From Chrysemys picta bellii (lineage: Eukaryota), in assembly GCF_011386835.1 (NCBI RefSeq), contig NC_088805.1, positions 30,442,001 to 30,506,000 of the forward strand: 64,000 nucleotides of DNA, given 5' to 3'. Of this stretch, positions 58,601 to 64,000 are shown one piece after another. The position numbers and the translations under genes were made by a program. A model generated the notes under the pieces. It saw nothing but the letters and a program-made list of their open reading frames with translations, searched no databases and was not told the origin of the DNA. How positions within the stretch are numbered: position 1 is the first letter of the stretch; every line of letters starts with the position of its first letter.

Positions 58601-61600
58601 CATCCCTACTTGGATTTTGCGAAACAAAACTCTGGCCCCTGTAGGTATCTGGTAAGGTGAAACTGCTCTAAGCTACTGTTGCTTTAAGAGAGAAGTGAGT
58701 GGAGCCAGCCCAAGGTCATTTAAGTGAAGTTTCTAATCTGTGCCACAGGGTGCTGCTAAAGAGTTCGCTGTTACTACTACTCTAGCTGCCAGGGGAAGGA
58801 GGAGAAATGGAGGCAGGGAAGAGAGACCGAGAAATGGAGGAGGAAGAGGAAGCACCCGGGTTGGACTCTGCAATGGGACCCTAATCACACATTGAATTAC
58901 AGAATGGAGGGAGAGGATGGGTCCAGTGTTTGAGAAGGTTGGCACCAGGGGCAAAAGAAATGTTCTGCCTTGGGTACCTTGAAAAGGGGATCAGGAGTTC
59001 AAGGCAGAATGTAACTTTCTTAACAGCTGCAACTTCGGTCTGCTTAGCAAAACAACAGGCGCCTGCTGCTCCTTTCTGATGTGCTTCAAGGGTTTTTCTT
59101 TACCAGTTTCCTAGTTCTGAGTATAGTTCCGGGTAGGAATCTCTGTTAGGGTGACCAGATGTCCCGATTTTATAGGGACAGTCCCGATTTTGGAGGCTTT
59201 TTCTTATATAGGCTCCTATTACCCCCCACCCCCTGTCCCGATCTTTTACAGTTGCTATCTGGTCACCCTAACTCTGTACTTGTTGAGATGTGTGCAGAGA
59301 AGCACTCCTTGAAAGTTAGTGGTAGCCAGGCATTGTTCCCTAAACATTGCCTGCATACTGCATTGGCTGTTTTTATTTTCTCATTGAAATGTGAAAGTTA
59401 ATGAATGTTTGTCCAGCGATTTGAATTTATCGAGCAATCCATGTATTTAGGGAGATTAAGGCAGCAGCTTTTCTTATGCAACTTTTTCTCTTTAGTTTTC
59501 TGAGTGTGGCAGTGAGTTATATCTGGGTTTTTTTTAGCACTGCACAATATTTTTGTGGCGTTTAACTTTTTTTTTTTTTAACTTTTGTGTTTGTGAGAGA
59601 TGCTGTCAGACTAAAAATAATTTATTTGAAAAACAAACCCAACTTCCCTGTATTACCCCTTCATTTATTAAAGCTAAAATCTTGTAAAACCAAACTTTTT
59701 TATAGTTTGTTTTCTTTGAATTTCAGGCATCTGGGACAATGAAAAATGAACTGGTTAGTTTCTCTTTAGCTACTGGGTTTCATCATGTTGTCCTGCTCTA
59801 GCATAGCACTGCATTGCTTGGGTTCTGCCCCCTGCAGGCTGGGGTTCATGTTGAAACAGTTCTTGCTGAAATATAAAAGTATTTTGTGGGTTTGGGAGAG
59901 GGAAGGGAATTTCTGTGCACATTAGCTTGATTGCTGTAAGAGTTAGCAACACGTTCATAACTTTATTGCAAATCTCATTATTTGGTTCTTTTCTTTACTC
60001 CAGGAGGTGGGACTTTATTTTCTCATGTGAGAATCTCTCTGATTTCATGATTGGGGGAAGGGCGGGGAGTACGTTTCTAGCCTTTAAGGTTGCAGAAAAA
60101 AACCTTACAAATATGAGCCCTGGATTCTCAAAATCCAGAAGGCAATTAAAAGAACCTAGAGTGTAGTATTTTAAAAAAATTGTAGCATTTGTAAGCCACT
60201 GTTATGACTTTTGAATGCTTGCGGTTGATACTGCTGGGATAAACACAATCTGAATATCTGGGCCTTAGCTATCTGCAAGTAGCCCTTTGATCATTAGCAT
60301 AAAGTACTAAAGGATTCCCATCCATGAAATTTACAGGAGACTGTTGTCTGAGCAGGATTAGCAAAGAAAGGGGTTCAGTCCTACAAAGCCTTTGCAAATG
60401 GACTTCTTGACTGGAGTTAAAGTGAGTACGAATTGCTCCTCTGAGTAAAGGTTCCGAGAGTGGAGAGGCAGCATTCTGCCCAATATTGCAGTATTTAGTG
60501 ACTGATAGGAAAATGAGAATGATACTGTCAGTGTGTTTTGATTTCCTGTTCAAAACTACATGCTTGTTTTTCTTTTGTGTCCTAAACACAAAGAGCATAA
60601 TTTATTTGATTGTTGCGTGCTGATTTCATGACTAGCAAATGCCCCGACCTTACAATCTGAGCTGCATGGGAAGAGCAGTGCTTAACTTCAAAGTGCCTCT
60701 CTGGCCCAGGAGGTCCTTTCATGCGTCTATGGAAAAAACAACAAAGTATGCAGCAGATTCGCAGGATGGTCTTGTAGATTGAGCATGGAACTGACAGCTG
60801 GTCCCAGTACTGCTGTTGATTTGCTGCATGTCTCTTGGGCAAGTCACATAGCATCTCTGTGCCAGAAGAAAGGTGTGCACTTAAAACACTGCAGCACTTC
60901 AGTGAAAATGCTCCTATGTTGACAGGAGAGTTTCTCTTGTTGGTGTAGTTAATCTACCTCCAGGAGCGGCAGTAGCTATGAGAGAAGCCCTGGATGTCTT
61001 ACACCAGTGGTTCTCAAATTTTTTTTTTTTTTTTTTCAATGGACCACTTGAAAATTGCTGAGGATCTCGGCGGACCACTTAATGATCTTTCCAAATGTTG
61101 TTTGTACCGTTAGCTAACTATGGTAAGGTGCTTTGGATAAAAGTGCTATATAAAAAACCCTTAATAATTAACGTTTTTTTGTTCTACAAATAGAAGCACA
61201 CAACTCATATTTTAATATCAGTAGTCTTACCTTTCTAATGCGATGGATGTGCCCTCTCTCCCCCGCCGCGGCAGCCCATGAGCCGAGGCTGGGAAGGACG
61301 GGGGGGATCTCTCCCCTGCCGCGGCAGCCCCCGAGCTGGGGAAAGTCGCCTCTTTCTCTGGCTGCCGCAGCCCCCTCTTCTCACCCCACTGCCCCCCCCC
61401 CGTACCCTCTATTTCCCCCAAGGCACCACCTCACTTTACATGTCCAGGCACCTAATTAGTGAAGCCATGGCTCCACTAATTAGGTGGGTGGCCCTTCATT
61501 CCCTCGTGTGTGACCGCCCAAGCGCGCACCTTAGAGGGAACTATCCGTGGACCACCTGAATGGAGCTCGCAGACCACTGGTGGTCCGCGGACCAAAGTTT

Positions 61601-62725
61601 GAGAACTGCTGTCTTACATCATGGCTTAGGTTGTTATAACTGTGTCACTCAGGGGGTGTGTGGTTTTTTCTCATCCTTGAGCAAAGTAGCTATACCCGTG
61701 TAAGTTTATCATGTAGGCCTCAGGACTCTTCTGTGACTTGGAGATAAGAAAGGCCTACCACATAGCAGTTGTGAGGCTTAATAACTGTTTGCAAAGTAAT
61801 TTGAGACCCTTGTGCAGAGCGTTGGCACGTTGCCAGCGATGTGTGATCTGTGAATCTTTGTCAGGCAGGAAGCGGATTAGTATTTGTCATGGCACTATCG
61901 TTATCCTGATAGTAGCTACACACATACTCAGCCTTGTCCGTCAACAGTCCTGAAATTTCCCAGTGATTTTGGCTGTGTGCGCGTCTGTGGTCTGAAATGC
62001 AAACACCAGGATGGCTCTCAGCCTCTCTTAGGGTATCTGTGTAGAGATAGAACATCTTTCCTAGCAGCACAATTGCCTTTTATCAATGGTTTTTAAATCA
62101 GTGACAGGTAGCCAAGGTCTTGGGCACTTGGCATCATTAAAGATATCCTGTTATTTTGCATAAGAGTAGGGGATTCAGCCCTGAAGAATTACATTTCGCT
62201 TTCCTAAATTTACTCTCCCATGTCTCTCAATTGAATACAGTGTTCTCCTTCACCCTTTGTGTAGGGTACTGTTTAAACAGCTTCTGTGTTCTGTCTTGGA
62301 AGAGTCTGCATATTGGTAAAGCAATCCTTTATATCCTGTATTTACCTTGTCGGGAGTGTACGGGTTATCTGATGGCTATTGATTCTTTGAGACCGTTGGT
62401 ATTACTGTGATGGTTTGTTTTTCATCTTAAGTTTTAGGCTGTTGCATGTTTTGCAAAATTCATTCCTTCTCAGAGTCCTAAGCTTGACATCAATCTGACT
62501 CTGCCCTTCTGAACTGTTGGCGTATCTAGACAGCAGCCTTGCTTTGATGATGATTTTTTTTTAAATGCCGTGTTTTTTTGTACTTGATTCAGGCCTAGCA
62601 TGTCAGGGCTGCACCTGGTCAAGAGAGGCCGAGAGCAGAAGAAGCTGGATCTCCAGAGGGATTTCACTGTCGCCTCACCTGCTGAGTTCGTGACTCGTTT
62701 TGGGGGGAACCGCATTATTGAAAAG
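52684..62725 (+). CDS. ACACB: Acetyl-CoA carboxylase 2, 5' part only (gene continues beyond the window)
   Basis: join(52684..53267,62593..62725); exon 2 acceptor at 52618. Contains [22 protein letters not shown] and TMR|[44 protein letters not shown], including the AMPK-site region RPSMSGL; GT-AG boundaries, phases match. Confidence 0.95.
54033..54219. mobile_element. Tc1/mariner (Tigger-like) MITE, same family as 12129
   Basis: TIRs cccctctacctcgata...tatcggggtagaggtg; TA flanks. Confidence 0.9.
54714..54738. repeat. (TG)n microsatellite
   Basis: Direct inspection; another (TG)n at ~19628-19647. Confidence 0.9.
55279..55374 (-). mobile_element. Penelope-like short insertion with complete hammerhead fold
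   Basis: 13-bp TSD tatctgtatggtg (55266-55278 / 55375-55387); minus strand 55369-55330 reads GCGU-CUGAUGA-A-GUGGG/cauuca/CUCAU-GAA-AGCU-U-AUGC. Confidence 0.88.
55506..55709. mobile_element. Solo-LTR-like element (TG...CA) containing a tRNA-like Pol III promoter module
   Basis: Ends tgtaat...attaca; 4-bp TSD cata/catg; minus-strand A-box TAGCTCATGTGG (55594-55583) and B-box GGTTCGATCC (55549-55540). Confidence 0.7.
59147..59270. mobile_element. hAT MITE (AGGGTGACCAG family)
   Basis: tagggtgaccagatgtcccg...ctggtcacccta; closely similar to 1849-1972; imperfect TSD around ctctgt. Confidence 0.9.
61005..61611. mobile_element. hAT-Charlie-like non-autonomous element
   Basis: TIRs cagtggttctcaaa...tttgagaactgctg; TSD tcttacac / tcttacat. 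Confidence 0.88.
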
Positions 62726-64000
62726 GTACCTTGCCCTTAGCCCAGCCCAGCCCAGGCGCGTGCTCGTGGGGATGTTTGGCTTCCTAGCTCTCTTTGCAGT
62801 TGGGATGCTGGTTTCCTGAACAGTTCTTATATTCTGTAGGCTGCTGGCGTGGAGGTTCCTAGGATATTAACATAGGTCAGTTATGTCAAAGCACCATTAA
62901 GGATCAAAATGGATCCTACAAATACAAAACTCTTTGGAACTTCTTAGAGGTGTCTCCTATATCCAGTTTTTTGCTTACTTCTTTCCTCCCTTGGTACGTG
63001 TGTGCAAACCCGCTTCTCCCTTGTCCCTGCTGATTGCCTGAAGGTTCTTTACTTTTTTCTTTTCATTGTAAACCTCCAACTCTTGACTTCCTATGTTGCA
63101 TCCAACACCTTTCTAGAGGGTGCTGCCTGTTGAAGCCAGTCAGTGCTGCGTTCTCAGTCCTCAGAGAAAGGGCTTCTGCAGAGCTTTGTGAGGTATTTTA
63201 TTCCTTCCCACGCCCAGGGCTGGGCAGTGCCTTGTGTTATGCTTGAATAAGCCAAGTTGTTGTTCTAAGTCAAAATTATTTCCCACCATCCCAAAAGTAA
63301 AGCTTTTTGGCTAAGACTCGACATCATGAAGACTGGCAGCCAAGTCACAGCTCCGAGAAACAGCGTTTGTTAGAAACACTGATCTAGTCTCAACTTCAGC
63401 ATTCGCAGGCAGCCCGCTCTTGAACTGGTTTTCTTTGATAGGAACAGACATTGCAGTTAATTGTCAGTGAGAGTCCCTCTACATTTCAGGGTGTTTATGA
63501 ATTGTATTGCAGACATCGGGCCAGATTCTGATCTCCATTGTGCCCGGAATAAATCTGGAATAACTACTTCAGTGGAGTAACCGAGAGCAGAATTTGACCT
63601 CGTATTTCAGCTTTCTCTCATTTGTGTAGAAACGGTAACTAGCCTAATGCTTCCTTCATCTGGAGACTTCCTGCAAAAGTTCAGCTCTTGGAAAGGAGCT
63701 GTTGTGAGCTGTCTGGGCTGTTATAATGTGTCTGTCCCTATATTCTGGTATTCTGCTCTCTCTACAACCATGGAATTCCCATGTTAATAACATTACTGTG
63801 TGTGTAATAACCAATGTACATGTTACTATGTAACTCCTTTCCAGTGATCTAAAGTCTGCAATTTTGGTGTCTTGGCAGAATATTGAATAAGGGACCAGCC
63901 TTTTTACAGTTCCCATATCTGAGCATTAGGGCCTGATCCTGCAAGGTGCTGTGTACCCTCGTCTCAGTTTTCAGGGGAAATGAAGGATCTCTCTGCCTTT

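Overview
Vertebrate genomic DNA, most likely a turtle (inferred from the repeat complement: CR1, Penelope-like, DIRS and many short hAT/Harbinger/Tigger MITEs). It carries the conserved amniote block USP30 (+, 13 coding exons, 505 aa), ALKBH2 (-, 3 coding exons, 259 aa), UNG (+, with both nuclear UNG2 and mitochondrial UNG1 first exons, 302 aa each) and the 5' part of ACACB (+, running off the right edge). All listed exons have GT/AG boundaries and splice in frame. Main observations: (1) an in-frame TAG separates the hydrophobic mitochondrial-anchor leader of ACC2 from the rest of the protein; (2) a 7SL-RNA-headed retroposon with candidate TSDs lies in UNG intron 3; (3) an old ~6 kb foldback structure with internally tandem-repeated arms lies in ACACB intron 1; (4) a 204-bp solo-LTR-like element contains a tRNA-like Pol III module; (5) several Penelope-like insertions carry minimal hammerhead ribozyme motifs. 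Gene and repeat identities come from recalled protein and repeat consensus sequences; no database search was run.
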